DNA from: Octopus vulgaris
Taxonomy: Eukaryota
Direction: 5' to 3'
Length of the DNA: 64,000 bases
Assembly (NCBI GenBank): GCA_951406725.2
Contig: OX597837.1
Location: 21,018,001-21,082,000 of the forward strand
The notes beneath the pieces were generated by a model that saw only the letters and a program-made list of their open reading frames with translations, ran no database searches and had not been told where the DNA came from. A program made the position numbers and the translations under genes. Positions 1-13,440 of the stretch are shown piece by piece (within the stretch, counting starts at the first letter, position 1; each line of letters begins with the position of its first letter).

Positions 1-100
1 GTGCACGCTGTAGATTGGTTGGCATTAGGGAAGGGCTTCCAGCTGTAGAAACGGACAATTGGAGCATGGAAAACGGACGTTAAATGATGATGATGATGAG
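1..100 (+). mobile_element. 3' end of an RTE-type LINE/SINE with (GAT)n tail
   Basis: ggttggcattagggaagggc..ccagctgtagaaac...gcatggaaaacggacgttaaatgatgatg; reverse copies near 50230-50530, 53190-53395, 57115-57410 and 59845-60185. Confidence 0.7.
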
Positions 101-667
101 GAGGAGGAGGAGGAGGAGGAGGAGGAAGAAGAAGAAGAGGATGGTTGCATGTGTCAGTTGTTTTGTAATAAAGTTATTATACTGTATGACAGTGTACATC
201 ATGCACAGTTATACTCCCATACATGGTTATATTCCTATGTGCCTCTTGGGAATACATGTACCTCTAGTTGAGAATTTCAGGTCCAGTATACATTCGTCTT
301 AATGAAGACCATCCTTCTCTATCTAATGCATTATAATGCCTGGCAATAGATTGATGAGAAACTGTCCAATAAATATTTTCATTATTTACATTATTTACAT
401 TTATATATCTATAAAAATATAAAACTGTAATAGATATTTTGTAAATGTGTTGCTATTGATAAACTCTCTTCCTTTTCTACCAAGGCCTAATGTTACATTC
501 TTCTTAATGTTCTTCTTAACATTCATTTTGTATACGTTTGTGTACTGGAAATATTTCCTTAGTTCCCTTTGAATTTAACTTATTTTGGATCGCCTTGAAA
601 ACGTTGTATTACTCGTAACATGTATTTTCGGATATATTAATTTCAATGATTCTTTTTTATATCTAAC

Positions 668-1051
668 CTAGCAGTATCGCCCGGCGTTGCTCGGGTTTTG
701 TAAGGGAAATAACTATAAAGCATTTTTAGAGAGTTATAGCCAAAAAATGGAAAAAAATGGAAAAAAATTATGGTAAATTTTTTTGAGAGTTAAAAAGGTC
801 GAGTTGCGTCCCCTAGACAGTCTGTGGTTTGTGTTTCTGATTCTCGACCCCATGTCGAATTTATCGATTTTTTTCAGAACTGGGGGAACTTTTCAAAATT
901 TTCGCTGCGTTAGTTTTGAATTATGACATTGGGCTATGTGTGTGTCAAGTTTCATTAGAATCGGTTGAAAGCCATGGTCAGGGTGAGGGTACAACCTGAC
1001 AGACACACAGACACACAGACAGACAAACTGCCGTTTATATATAGAGAGAGA
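668..1051 (-). mobile_element. non-autonomous Helitron
   Basis: 5' TC; 3' cccgagcaacgccggg hairpin plus CTAG; same 3' end as at 4584 and 31970. Confidence 0.8.
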
Positions 1052-2947
1052 TTTTGATACAGGAGAGACGATTGTCGGTTTTGTGCAGTGAATTCTCTAT
1101 CCGTATTTTTGTTTTATAATATTCTGAATTTTTCAAAATTCTTCTAAATGATATTTGGATCTACTTGTCATATAGGAAGAATTATCTTGGATGTGTATTC
1201 TGCTTGCATTTATTGGTGTCTGATTGCTGGATATTGTTAACCAAATTCGTTTAAAACTGAGTGCTTTATTGATATCTGCCTGGACTTTTTAACCCCCTTT
1301 TGCTTTCAATGTGTGTGGGGGGGGTGTATGTGTGTATGTGTGTGCGTGCGCACGTGCGTATGTGTGAAATGTTAACGCCAAGGAGTGTTTAGGCATAAGC
1401 AAAATTTAGTTAAAATATGTTTGTGATATATTTCAACTACGGCAAATACACTGCCAACGTGGAGTGGAGAAAATATCTCTCTTATTGTAAAAGGTGTGAA
1501 AACAACCGGTCTGTTTAGTGTCACCATCTCTCAAGAATCCCAGCCATCGAGTTTATTGACCCTCGTCAATGGGATGCACCTAAGAGAGGCAATTCTGAAC
1601 AGACTTATAAAGCAATAGCTTTATGTATAATTCAGTCAACACGTTGACTGATTTGCGCCAGTAGATCACCTGATCGAGGAAAATCACGAAATGTTAGCAC
1701 TAAGTAGCGTTTAGGTATAAGCAAAATTTAGGTTAGTTAAAATATGTTTGTGAAATGGCGATATGAAATATAACCATGCCCAAATATAACAATATCTGTT
1801 TCAGCACATGATTTCAGATCAGGAGTCTGGCAAAACATATCCATAAACGTAACACTATTGCTTCTTTAATCAGAATTATTTAGATTTGAGAAAATTCTTT
1901 TATAAACTGTCTCCTCATTTCTGAATGACACTCAGAATCATCTCTTATGCTTTGGTAAAAGAAAAATTTGTTCCCACAAATTTGAAAATGTTCACTGAGA
2001 AGGATTTTCCTTAGTTCTGGAGTGGCATATTTCTTGTTGATGTATCCTCACTCTTTCACATAGAGATCTTCCGGGTTGGCCAATGTAATTTTTCTAACAA
2101 ACCGGAGCAAGTTATGTAAAATATGATGTCTCCGCATTTATCTTCATGGATCAACTGGGGTTTTTTGTTTGTTTTTAATTTTTTTCTTCGTAACCAGATT
2201 TTAAGTGGATGTAATTTTCACCACTGTGTACCCTACATCTGCTGAAAGGATGATCCAGAATATCATTTAGAAATGGAGAAACAAATTTCCCTAAAATAAG
2301 TCATTTTTCTTAAAGAAACAACGATGACCAAAAGAGAAAAAATTTGAAACCCTAAACCTTAAAAAGGGATTAAAGCACTAAACTTAAGTATTTTCCCATT
2401 GTTTTCAGTATTTTCTCTATTTTTTTTAATGAAAATATGAGAAAGCAAAATTATATTTTCATGCTTTTCTCTGACATATTTTCTCTATTTTTACAACATT
2501 TTTATTAATTCTATGGCATATATCTATGTGTTCGGAATTGCCAAAATTATGTTTGATACAGTTCTAATATTACTTACGCTAGATCTCTTCATAACTCTTA
2601 CTATCATTTTATTATTGTCCCTCTAGGTATTGCAGTTCCAACATTTAGATGTATGAGTTTCCTTTGGACAATCCGGTCGGCACATGTTATAAGAACGATC
2701 TTACTTCCACCGATAAGTTTGCCTCCCATCACTTCTCTTTCTACTCGTTTTCAAAATTATTTTAAGCATTAAAGAATTTCAAGAATAAAATATATTTTCA
2801 ATCAGTAATGAAATGTGTCATTCATAAAATCTTTAATTAACGAATTACAGGTTATATCATGCTGATGACTTCTAAAAACACTGAAACAGTACTACACAGC
2901 GTTACCACTGACTAGAAATGTAAAGAACATCATGGCGTATGCGTAAC

Positions 2948-3330
2948 GCAGGCGTGGTTGTGTGGTAAGAAGCTTGCTATCCAACTACATGGTTCGGGGT
3001 TCAGTCACACTGCGTGCCACTTTGAGCAAGTGTTTTCTACTATAGCCTCAGGTCGATTAACGTTTTGTGAGTGGATCTGGTTGACGGAAACTGAAAAGAA
3101 GCCTGTCGTGTGAGTGCATGTGTGTGTGTGCTGCGCATGTGTCTTTGTGTTTGTGTATGTCTATCCACCAGTGCTTGACAACAGGTATTGGTGTTTACGT
3201 CCCTGTAACTTAGCGGCTCGGCAAAAGGAAACGATAGAATGAGTACCAGGATTTAAAAAAGTAAGTACTGAGGTCGATTCATTTGACAAAAAATTTTTTA
3301 AGTGATGCCCCAGCATGGCCGGTAAAAGAA
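2948..3330 (+). mobile_element. OR2-like SINE
   Basis: same head, core and tail as 12661-13045. Confidence 0.82.
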
Positions 3331-3864
3331 TAAAAGAGTAAGTGAACCAAAAAAATGTGAATTCTGAGCATCTTTTTCTTTATAATTCTTTAACATCAAA
3401 TTTAAATTTTTAATCCAGCCAAATATCTTAAAGAAATGATTATCTCCCTTGTAATAATTGTGTCCAGTGGAGGGAAGATACGCGTTTAAAAAGATAATGC
3501 ATAAAGGTTTCATAAAAGTTTTGACATGAAATAAAACTGTATTCACATTCGCTTTATTTAATATGCTTTAATTAGATAAATGTAATTTAATTAGATATGA
3601 CATTTGTAATTAAAATACAGAAATAGCTCAATACACTAATGGTTTAAGTGCCGATCACAGAACATGAGTCACCTGACCACTATACACTCTATTCGAAAGA
3701 CAATTTCATTTCTTACATGAAAGGTAACTTTCAAGAAAGTCTGATGTTCACTTGCGCAAAGAATTTTGCTTCCAAACCACATGGTTCCAGGTTCAGTTCC
3801 ACTGCATGGCGCCATAGGCAAGTGTCTTCAAATATAGCCTCATATATGTATATGTATGTATATG

Positions 3865-3968
<104 letters not shown>

Positions 3969-4004
3969 AAAAAGGAGATGTGGAACACGAGTTGTGATAT
4001 ATAA

Positions 4005-4316
4005 AAAGGAAATGAAGAAAATGCTGACAAAATAATTTAAGTAATTTAAGTAATTTAATTAGGTGAAAGTTCTTTTTACCGGTTGCGCATTTGTTATGCT
4101 TATCAAAATATATGTTTTAAAGAGAGATTAGAGTTCCTTTTCTGATAGATTTTTTCCTCTAGAGGAAAAAATCTATCAGAAAAGGAACTCTAATCTCTCT
4201 TAAAAAAAAATATTTTGATAAGCATAACAAATGCGCAACCGGTAAAAAGAACTTTCACCTAATTAAATTACTTAAATTACTTAAATTATTTTGTCAGCAT
4301 TTTCTTCATTTCCTTT
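4005..4316. repeat. spacerless near-perfect palindrome, 156-bp arms
   Basis: symmetry centre ctct|agag at 4160/4161; only a few mismatches; between (TA)n tracts. Confidence 0.95.
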
Positions 4317-4340
4317 ATATATATATATATATATATTTTT

Positions 4341-4584
4341 ATGTATAAAACTAAAGTTGTGTGTCTGTCTGTCTACTCCGATTTAGATTCCTAACTACTC
4401 CCACATTTTGCGGTGCAGTTTAACCAAAAGCGGGTATCTTATAGTCGTGATTCATATCGAGCCCTTCTGGGTATTAGCGCGCGTCTACGATGAGTCTACG
4501 ATTTTTGAAAAAAATTACCTCTCTAAAAATGCTTATATAGTTATTTCCCTTAGAAATCCGAGCAACGCCGGGCGATACTGCTAG
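4341..4584 (+). mobile_element. non-autonomous Helitron
   Basis: tataaaactaaagttgt 5' region shared with 31615; ccgagcaacgccggg hairpin plus CTAG end. Confidence 0.8.
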
Positions 4585-4821
4585 CATATATATATATGTA
4601 TGTATGTATATTATTAGCATCATCCTGCGTTTGAGAATTTAAAATCACTTCTTTAACTTTCTAAGACATCTCAACGCTTCTAAAGCAAACTTCGTTTGTT
4701 TGTTTACGTTCATCATAATTTGAATCTATGTATGTATGTATGTATGTATGTATGTATGTATGTATGTATGTATGTATGTATGTATGTATAGAGAGAGATA
4801 GGGAGACAGGCAGACAGACAG

Positions 4822-4922
<101 letters not shown>

Positions 4923-6201
4923 TTGGGTTGTCCGGAAGTTCGTGCCGATTTTTAAAGGAATGAAAAAGGTCAATAAATTCTTGCCATTACATTTTTAATC
5001 AACCAAATATGAACAATTTTGTTGCACAATGCATCTCCATCTTCCCTTTTACTTGAAAATACCCTCTTCCCAGAATTGACGTGGTTTCATGGCAAAGAAT
5101 TCATCAAGGTATCTTTTTACGTCATCCAAGGAATTGAAATTTTTACCATTAAGACTATTTTGCAGAGACCTGAATAAGTGGAAATCCGAAGGAGCAATAT
5201 CTGGTAAATATGGAGGGTGGGGTAACACATCCCCGCCGAGCTGCAGCAACTTTTGTCTGGTTCCCAAAAAAACGCGCGGTCTTGCATCATCATGTTGGAA
5301 AACAACACCCTTCCTGTTGGCCAGTTCTCGACGTTTCACTTGAATTGCTGCTTTTAACTCGTCCAGTTGTGTGCAGTATTTCTCAGAATTAATTTTCTGG
5401 TTACTTGGGAGAAGCTCATAGTACAGAATTCCTTTCCAATCCCACCAGACAGAAAGCAAGACTTTTTTAGGGTGAAGACCCGCTTTTGGGGTGGCTAAGG
5501 GTGGTTAATGTCGCTTACTCCAGGATCGCTTTCTCTGAACATTTCGATAGATAATCCATTTCTCATCACCTGTCACAATTTGCTTTAAAAAAGGCGCGTT
5601 TTCATTCCGTTTATAAAGCGAATCACAGATGGAAATGCGATCCAAAAGGTTCTTCTCACCCAACTCATGTGGTACCCAAACATCGTAGCGATTTGTGTAA
5701 CCAAGCTTTACCAGGTGCTCATGAACGATGGATTTTGATAGGTTGAGGCTTTCTACCAATTCTCGGGTTGTGCAATGTGGGTTATTCTCAATTAATGACT
5801 TGATTTGGTCATCATCTGCAGTGGATGGTCTGCTTGATCGCTCTTTATCAATAAGGCTACAATCTCCAGCACGGAACCTTGCGAACCACTTCCGTACAGT
5901 TCTTTTGGATAAAGAATCATCACTGTAAACTGCGCATATTCCTTTGGTTGCTTGTGAGGCATTTTTCCTTTTAGAGAAAAAGAAAAGCATGAAGTGCCGA
6001 AAATGAACTTTATCTTCCATTTTAAAGGGTTACAGAATTGACACAGGTTATAGGAACATAAACCTTCTTCCACGAAAAGATAGCTTAAATTGTGCTCTAA
6101 ATGGAGGTGTAGTCAAATCCTATTTTATGGACTCAACCATGTTCTAAAATAAATCGAAAGGTGAGCTACTATAAATCGGCACGAACTTTCCGGACAACCC
6201 A

Positions 6202-6202
<1 letters not shown>
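4923..6202 (-). mobile_element. near full-length mariner (D,D34D) transposon, mellifera-like, defective
   Basis: TIRs ttgggttgtccgga(a)agttcgtgccgattt at both ends, TA target duplication; transposase from ATG 6020 with WVPHEL, GDEKW, HDDARP, PDIAPSDFHLF. Confidence 0.95.
5049..6020 (-). pseudogene. mariner transposase pseudogene
   Basis: ORFs 5505-6020 and 5049-5459 share one frame, split by a single TAA at 5507-5505; C-terminus ends early at GIFK*. Confidence 0.9.
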
Positions 6203-6258
<56 letters not shown>

Positions 6259-6259
6259 C

Positions 6260-6318
<59 letters not shown>

Positions 6319-6323
6319 CAGAC

Positions 6324-6412
<89 letters not shown>

Positions 6413-7119
6413 TGTATACTTATTTTATCAACCCTGAAAGGATTGAAAAGCGAAGTTAAGCTCGGCAGAACTTAAACTCAGGGCGTAAGGACGGATGAAA
6501 TGCCGCTAAGCATTTTGTCCGGCGTGCTAACGCTTCTGTCTGATCGCCGCCCTAAGGATTGGTTTAGTAATAAAACTGGGAAATACATTTAGGTAGGAAC
6601 GAGAAGCCATTTTTAGCATCCGTAGCGAAATTCGATTCTAAGAAGCATGCATCGATTCATTGTGGATTATGACGTTGCTGCTTCGTCAAATAACTGTTTT
6701 TAGGATTTTGAACTGAAGAATTTCGGAAGAAAATGGATCTTTAATTTCGCTTCTTGTCAATCACCATTTTTTTCAAGTAAGTATTACTAAAGGCATCAGT
6801 TACTAAACAAATGAATTATTCTTTTATTCTTCGATGTTTCTGTGTTTATCTGCTCTGCGGAATATTCTATTATTCCAATTCTCATTTAGTCTGTTTTCAA
6901 GTTTTTTCTTTCTTTATTTTCTTTTTTTTTTTTGCGATATTGTATACTGATTTTTCTTGTTTCTTAGTTTTATGTTAGCCTGAAATGATTATAATTATTA
7001 AACGATTTAAGTTCTAGGAGATTGTTGCTGAACTATGTTGGCAGTAATCAGTTCGATAGGGATTGAAAGTGGAAGTATTTTGGTATACTATGAAGAGTTG
7101 TAATAGTTTACGTAGCAAA

Positions 7120-7930
7120 GGCGGCGAGCTGGCAGAAACGTTAGCAAATAGCCCGCCGGGCGAAATGCTTTCGTCTGCTGCTACGTTCCGAGTTCAAATT
7201 CCGCCGGGGTCAACTTTGCCTTTCATCCTTTCGGGGTCGATAAATTAAATACCAGTTACGCACCGGGGTCGATATAATCGACTTAATCCGTTTGTCTTTC
7301 CTTGTTTGTCCTCTCTGTGAGTAGCCCCTTGTGGGTGGTAAAGAAATAGGTATTTCGTCTGCCGTTACGTTCTGAGTTCAAACTCCGCCGAGGTTGACTT
7401 TGCCTTTCATCCTCTCGGTGTCGATAAATTAAGTACTAGTTACGCACTGGAGTTGATGTAATCGACTTAATCCGTTTGTCTGTCCTTGTTTGTCCCCTCT
7501 ACGTTTAGCCCCTTGTGGGCAATAAAGAAATAAGAAGCATTAGCACGCCGGGCGAAATGCTTAGCGGTATTTCGTCTGCCGCTACATTCTGAGTTCAAAT
7601 TCCGCCGCGGTCGACTTTGACTTTCATCCTTTCGGGGTTGATAAATTAAGTACCAATTACGCACTGGGGTTCGATATAATCGACTTAATCCGTTTGTCTG
7701 TCCTTGTTTGAGCTCTATGTGTTTAGCCCCTTGTGTGTAGTAAAAAATAGGTATTTCGTCTACCACTACGTTCTGAGTTCAAATTCCGTCGAGGTTAACT
7801 TTGCCTTTCGTCCTTTTGGGGTCGATAAATTAATTACCAGTTGCGTACTGGGGATCGATCTAATCGACTGCCCCCTCCACCCCCCCCAAAAAAAATTTTC
7901 GGGCCTTGTGCCTAGAGTAGAAAAGAATAT
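7120..7930 (+). mobile_element. tandem cluster of about 4 tRNA-derived MetaSINE-type (octopus OR1-like) copies
   Basis: head ggcggcgagctggcagaaacgttagc, B-box-like gagttcaaattcc, core gcctttcatcctttcggggtcgataaattaagtaccag repeated head-to-tail. Confidence 0.85.
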
Positions 7931-8284
7931 TTCACGTACCAACGATAGAAAATTAAACGCCGTTCGAACCGTTAGATGTTTTTTATCAAGATAAATCAAA
8001 CTGGTTTTTTTTTCTTCTCATTTTAATGATTCCTTTTAATTAATTATAAATGACTTGTTTAATGGGAGAGGACAATAGTCATTGTCATTGTCTTTAAATT
8101 AATCGATTTCTTAAAGAAAAGTGAAATTCAATTTGATACTGTTAAACCTTGGTTTGACTTGTTATCATTTGTTTTCAAATGTTAAAAACTGCTAAAACTC
8201 AGAAAATATTCCCAGGTCATCCGCGAATTTTCCTTATGATAAATAGTATCACAGCTAGGATTGGTTTTATTTCTCATGTCTTAG

Positions 8285-8367
8285 GATGATGAGGATGATG
8301 AAAGTATAGCAAAGCCTCAACTCTTCTTGGTGTTCGTAACTTTAAACGACTCCATGTACAGGAAGGA
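8285..8367 (+). CDS. candidate upstream exon of the coiled-coil gene (DDEDDESIAKPQLFLVFVTLNDSMYRKE)
   Basis: gtcttag acceptor; weak gtaaaa donor in phase 2, compatible with exon 10211. Confidence 0.3.
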
Positions 8368-8492
8368 GTAAAAAAATGATTCTATAAATTTTAGCTATTT
8401 GAAAATTCATCTTTGTTAATGAATTCTTTTATGGCTTATTTGTAATTCTTTAAAATGCTTTATAACATCTGGGGCTTTCTTCTTTCTTTGAC

Positions 8493-8554
<62 letters not shown>

Positions 8555-8823
8555 TGTGTGTGTGTGTGTGTCTGTGTGTGCGAGCGCACATATATATGTA
8601 TATATGGTGTGTACCATTAGCGATTTTTTTTTCCTCCGTCTTCCCTTCTCTGGATCTTTCCTTTTCCTATGTTTCTGGCGAAGAGCTCCGCTCGAAACGT
8701 TAAACCCTCCTTCTTCCCTTCCTTCCTGAGCGTCCAATAATACTATACTTGTTCCACGTCCTCGCGTTGTTGTGTTTTCTCTTTGTGTTTTCATTTTTGG
8801 ATTAACTATATATCTATATATAT

Positions 8824-8970
8824 ACAAGAAAAAAGCAACAAGAATGGATTAGTTGTTCAGTACAATTGTTTCATACGAAGAACAGATTCTTTGCAGCTTT
8901 TAATAAATCTGTTCTTCGTATGAAACAATTGTACTGAACAACTAATCCATTCTTGTTGCTTTTTTCTTGT
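8824..8970. repeat. perfect inverted repeat, 65-bp arms, 17-nt loop
   Basis: 8824-8888 is the reverse complement of 8906-8970. Confidence 0.95.
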
Positions 8971-9496
8971 TTATAATCACCCCACATTATTTTATGGTTA
9001 ATACCATAAAGATTTCTGGTGCATCTAAGTTAAGTACCGCATTCATGTGAATTCATTGGAACTCACTTGAATCTTAATTGTTTTTACTGAAATTATATAT
9101 ATATATATATATAATCTGGATCATTTATAGAATTTATACATATCTGAATCATTTATAGAATTTTCCCGTTTAAGTAGATGATTGCTACTTAAGAAACATG
9201 GACAGGACGTACGCTTACACTAAAAGTTTGTGGGCAGATTTGCAAAATCAAGACATGTAAGTTGATGTTTCTTATTGTTTTACCTCCGTGAATTAGTTAA
9301 ATAATAAATGAGAATGGAAGAGGATTCACAGAAACTAGAGTAAGCCCATTAGAACCACACAACTATTTGGATATTAAATATGTTTATTGTTTCATTGAAA
9401 CTACAAATTGTTAAAACTGGGAAAAAAAATATATACAAATATGGATTCCGGAGTGACGCAGTTTTAGAGACGAGGATCAAGGCAGAGTGATTAGAG

Positions 9497-9772
9497 AAGT
9501 GGTTCTCAACCAGTTTTTATCCTTTAGACCTCTTTGGTTCCTATTTATCTCGGATGGAACCTCATAACTTTTAGGTGTTTAAAGAAATCATATATTTTCA
9601 TAATTAAATATTATTAGGAATTGTATAAAAAAGAATCGTTAAAATATTTTGTGCATTGCAGAAGGTATAAGCCAATATATTGCACACAAATTTTAAGAAC
9701 AAGATCTTATATGAACCCTCAAAGGTCATCTGGACCGCCAAGGGTCATATTGACCCCAGTTGAGAACCACTG
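9497..9772. mobile_element. non-autonomous hAT (Charlie-like) MITE
   Basis: TIRs agtggttctcaac / gttgagaaccactg; 8-bp TSD gattagag / gtttagag. Confidence 0.85.
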
Positions 9773-10210
9773 GTTTAGAGAAGTAAAGAAAGGAAGAAAA
9801 CTTTTAGTTTGAGACTCGTTGAATACAATTCCTCTTCTGAACTCATCCACGGGATGAGGTGAACCCAATACTGCAATTTACGAAGTTCTTGTGAAATTTA
9901 CAATATGAGAGCTGAGTGTCCTGCTCACAGACACCTATGGCAGAATATAAGATGCCAAGCTGTTCGGTATTCTGTCAACTCAGTCATTTGGTCTTTCACA
10001 TGAGATTGTACAAAGAATAAATTTTATTAATGCCTATAGAACTTTCCGACTTTTATCTGACTGAACTTTGGACTAAAAAGGATCCCAAGTTTGCAAAGAA
10101 AGCCATATTTTAACTGAATCAACAAAATAAACTTTGATGAAATAATATATTGGATTTCAAATGTTAAACTAAGTCGTAGTCTCCTCGCTTCAACTCCTTT
10201 TCTTTTTCAG

Positions 10211-10403
10211 ACTCCCATATGGTGGGGTTTTGATGACAGAGCATGAGGACGAATTACGAAAATTGATACAACACATAGAGATAAGAGTTAAGGCTCGGGA
10301 GGACACTCTGAAAGCACAACTTACGAAAATTTATAGACATTTGGAAATGAAAGTACAAGAATGCCAACAACAACAGACAATTATTGAAGATTCTAGCAAT
10401 AAG
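10211..10403 (+). CDS. CEP63: CEP63/DEUP1-like coiled-coil protein, exon (LPYGGVLMTEHEDELRKLIQHIEIRVKAREDTLKAQL...EDSSNK)
   Basis: ttttcag acceptor, gtcggt donor, open 193 nt; GGVLMTEHEDELRKLIQHIEIRV resembles the recalled CEP63 N-terminal [22 protein letters not shown]; family call is tentative. Confidence 0.65.
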
Positions 10404-10962
10404 GTCGGTCAATTTCATTTCGAAATTTTCATCTTGAAAGATTTTATTCTCGTCAAGAGGAGAGATAGATAGACCATCGACGCAAAGATTTGGGGATAAG
10501 GGAAAAGCTTTCTTGTTCTAAATTGTTTGATATCAAGAGTTTCTTTCGGCCATATTCTATCCCTATATCAGCAGAAAATGTATTTAAATCCAGCTGTTTC
10601 TCAGTATTGTAGATATTTCGAGTATAGATCTTTAAATTGTCCTGAAAGAAATTATGGGTTACATTAGTGTCCCTTGCTGTAGTAGACCGTAAAAAACACG
10701 ACAATAGATTCAATGCGAAAAATGCAGCCTAGACAGATTGTCCCCTTGGAGTATTTTCTTCGAAATATTTATTACATCAAAGTCAATCATCTCGCTTTCG
10801 TTTACAAATGTGAGGATTACAAACTAGATCTTCTTGGGCTTTTCAATGGCAGTGTCTAAGACAGCATACTTTTGCTAACTTTAGCTGCTTTAATAGTCAT
10901 GAGGGGCGAATGAATCGAATGACATTTTGTAATCGAGCTTTAATGTCAGTCAGAAGGTTTCT

Positions 10963-11370
10963 TATTTCTTTACTGCCCACAAGGGGCTACACACAGAGGG
11001 GATAAACAAGGACAGACAAACAGATTAAGTCGACCCCAGTGCGTAACTGGTACTTAATTTATCGACCTTGAAAGGATGAAAGGCAAAGTCGACCTCGGCG
11101 GAATTTGAACTCAGAACGTAGCGGCAGACGAAATACCTATTTCTTTATTACCCACAAGGAGCTAAACATAGAGGGGACAAACAAGGACAGACATAGGTAT
11201 TAAGTCGATTACATCGACCCCAGTGCGTAACTCGTACTTATTTAATCGACCCCGAAAGGATGAAAGGCAAAGTCGACCTCGGCGGAATTTGAACTCAGAA
11301 CGTAACGACAGACAAAATACCGTTAAGCATTTCGCCCGGCGTGCTAACGTTTCTGCCAGCTCGCCGCCTT
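10963..11370 (-). mobile_element. MetaSINE-type dimer
   Basis: two reverse copies of the same core; flanking repeat gtcagaagg(t/c)ttct. Confidence 0.85.
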
Positions 11371-12235
11371 GTTTTTGTCTGTCAGAAGGCTTCTAAGAAG
11401 TTTTATTACATTAGACATCGCAAGTTATTTATTAACTAAAAGCTATTTGGTGCATCTTCACACTTCTTTCCCCCTGCAATGGTCTTGGGGGAATTGGTTC
11501 AGACAGCTTGTATACAGTTTGAACAAAATGTTATGGCAGTGATTTCGTTCTTGGCTGCAAAATTTTTTCATACTATGGCAAGCCAGTTCACTATGTCAAT
11601 CAGACCTTCCGTAGTTCTTAGAAATACATGTGTAGGAGTGACTGTGTAAGAAGTTTGCTTTCCAACCACATTGTTTCGGGTTCAGTCCCACAGCGTGGCA
11701 CCTTGGTAAGTGTCACCTACTATAGCCACGGACCTCTCAAAACCTTGTGAGCGAATTTGATAGATGAAAATTGAAAGAAACCCGTCATGCGATGGAAACA
11801 TCTCAGACAGCATTTTTAACACGTCTGGTACCTTCACGCAATCCTCAAATTATACCCATATGTCATAACAAGCTAAAAGAGAACAAGAAAATGCGAGAAG
11901 TGAGTAAATGTAAAAGATGGAAGGTTGAAAAACCGGAAAACGAAAAAAAAAGTTACCTTATAAATCTACTCCCTTCTCGCCTTTTCTCGTTTTTTCTCAT
12001 CCTATCGTCCTATTTTAGATTCTTATGCCGTATGGGCATAGCCTGTGGATTGCATGTAGGCACCAAACGTGTTAAAAAATGCTGCCGGAGATGTTTTCAT
12101 TGCATGACATTATTAGTTACACGTAAAAATATATATTGTGTTCATTAAATAATTATTATCTCTCACCAGATGGAGTACTTTTTGTTAATCTCACCATCAC
12201 GAAACAGTACACTGTCGGTGTGTGTGTGTGTGTGT

Positions 12236-12300
<65 letters not shown>

Positions 12301-12660
12301 TGTGTGTGTGTGTGTGTACACCCAATTCTCATATTGCACGTTTTTGAAATAACACGGTCCTACAAAAAGAACCGATTATTTTTTTGTACCATTTTTTTTC
12401 TTTTTTACTTTAACACGGTTTAAACATTTATTGCAAGTGACAAACGATTAAGTTACATCAATCAATTATAATTTACAAAACACCGAAACTTTACGTAACA
12501 TGATTAAGTAACAATTTAGTGAAGTAAAAAGGAATCCAGTCTATTTTTTCCGTATAGTGATCCCCGACTCTCCGGTGTAGACGAGACCTCTGCACTGTAC
12601 AAACCTCTGGCTGCGTGTAACGCACCTATGATGATAGGTGCAAATGAAAATTCATAGCCA

Positions 12661-13045
12661 TAGGCGTAGTAGTGGGTGTGTGGTAAGTAGCTTGCTTACC
12701 AACCACATGGTTCCGGGTTCAGTCCCACTGCGTGGCATGTTGGGCAAATGTCTTCTACTATAGCCTCGGGCCGACCAAAGCCTTGTGAGTGGATTTGGTA
12801 GACGGAAACTGAAAGAGGCCCGTCGTATATATGTATATATATGTATATATATGTATGTGTATGTGTTTGTGTGTCTGTGTTTGTCCTCGCTTGACAACCG
12901 ATGCTGCTGTATTTACATCCCCGTCACTTAGCGCTTCGTCAAAAGAGACCGATAGAATAAGTACTAGGCTTACAAAGAATAAGTCCTGGGGTCGATTTGC
13001 TCGACTAAAGGCCACAGTCAATGACTGAAACAAGTAAAAGAGTAA
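12661..13045 (+). mobile_element. tRNA-derived CORE-type SINE (octopus OR2-like) with internal microsatellite
   Basis: gtgtggtaag..ggttccgggttcagtccc head, tgggcaa core, tail aatgactgaaacaagtaaaagag. Confidence 0.85.
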
Positions 13046-13046
13046 G

Positions 13047-13440
13047 GTATGTATGTATGTATGTATGTATGTATGTATGTATGTATGTATGTATGTATGT
13101 ATGTATGTATGTATGTATGTATGTATGTATGTATGTATGTATGTATGTATGTATGTATGTATGTATGTATGTATGTATGTATGTATGTATGTATGTATGT
13201 ATGTATGTATGTATGTATGTATGTATGTATGTATGTATGTATGTATGTATGTATGTATGTATGTATGTATGTATGTATGTATGTATGTATGTATGTATGT
13301 ATGTATGTATGTATGTATGTATGTATGTATGTATGTATGTATGTATGTATGTATGTATGTATGTATGTATGTATGTATGTATGTATGTATGTATGTATGT
13401 ATGTATGTATGTATGTATGTATGTATGTATGTATGTATGT
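13047..13440. repeat. long pure (GTAT)n microsatellite
   Basis: about 390 bp uninterrupted. Confidence 0.98.

Noticed and set aside
59-302. Poly-D/E and poly-R/K ORFs
   Set aside because: (GAT)n(GAG)n(GAA)n tail of a retroposon 3' end
2627-2650. Possible micro-exon of the plus-strand gene (ctctag|...agat|gtatga)
   Set aside because: Splice-like signals only; no homology or phase support can be shown
7120-7930. Regularly repeated blocks resembling a CRISPR-like array
   Set aside because: Units are whole SINE bodies without unique spacers; eukaryotic context, no cas genes
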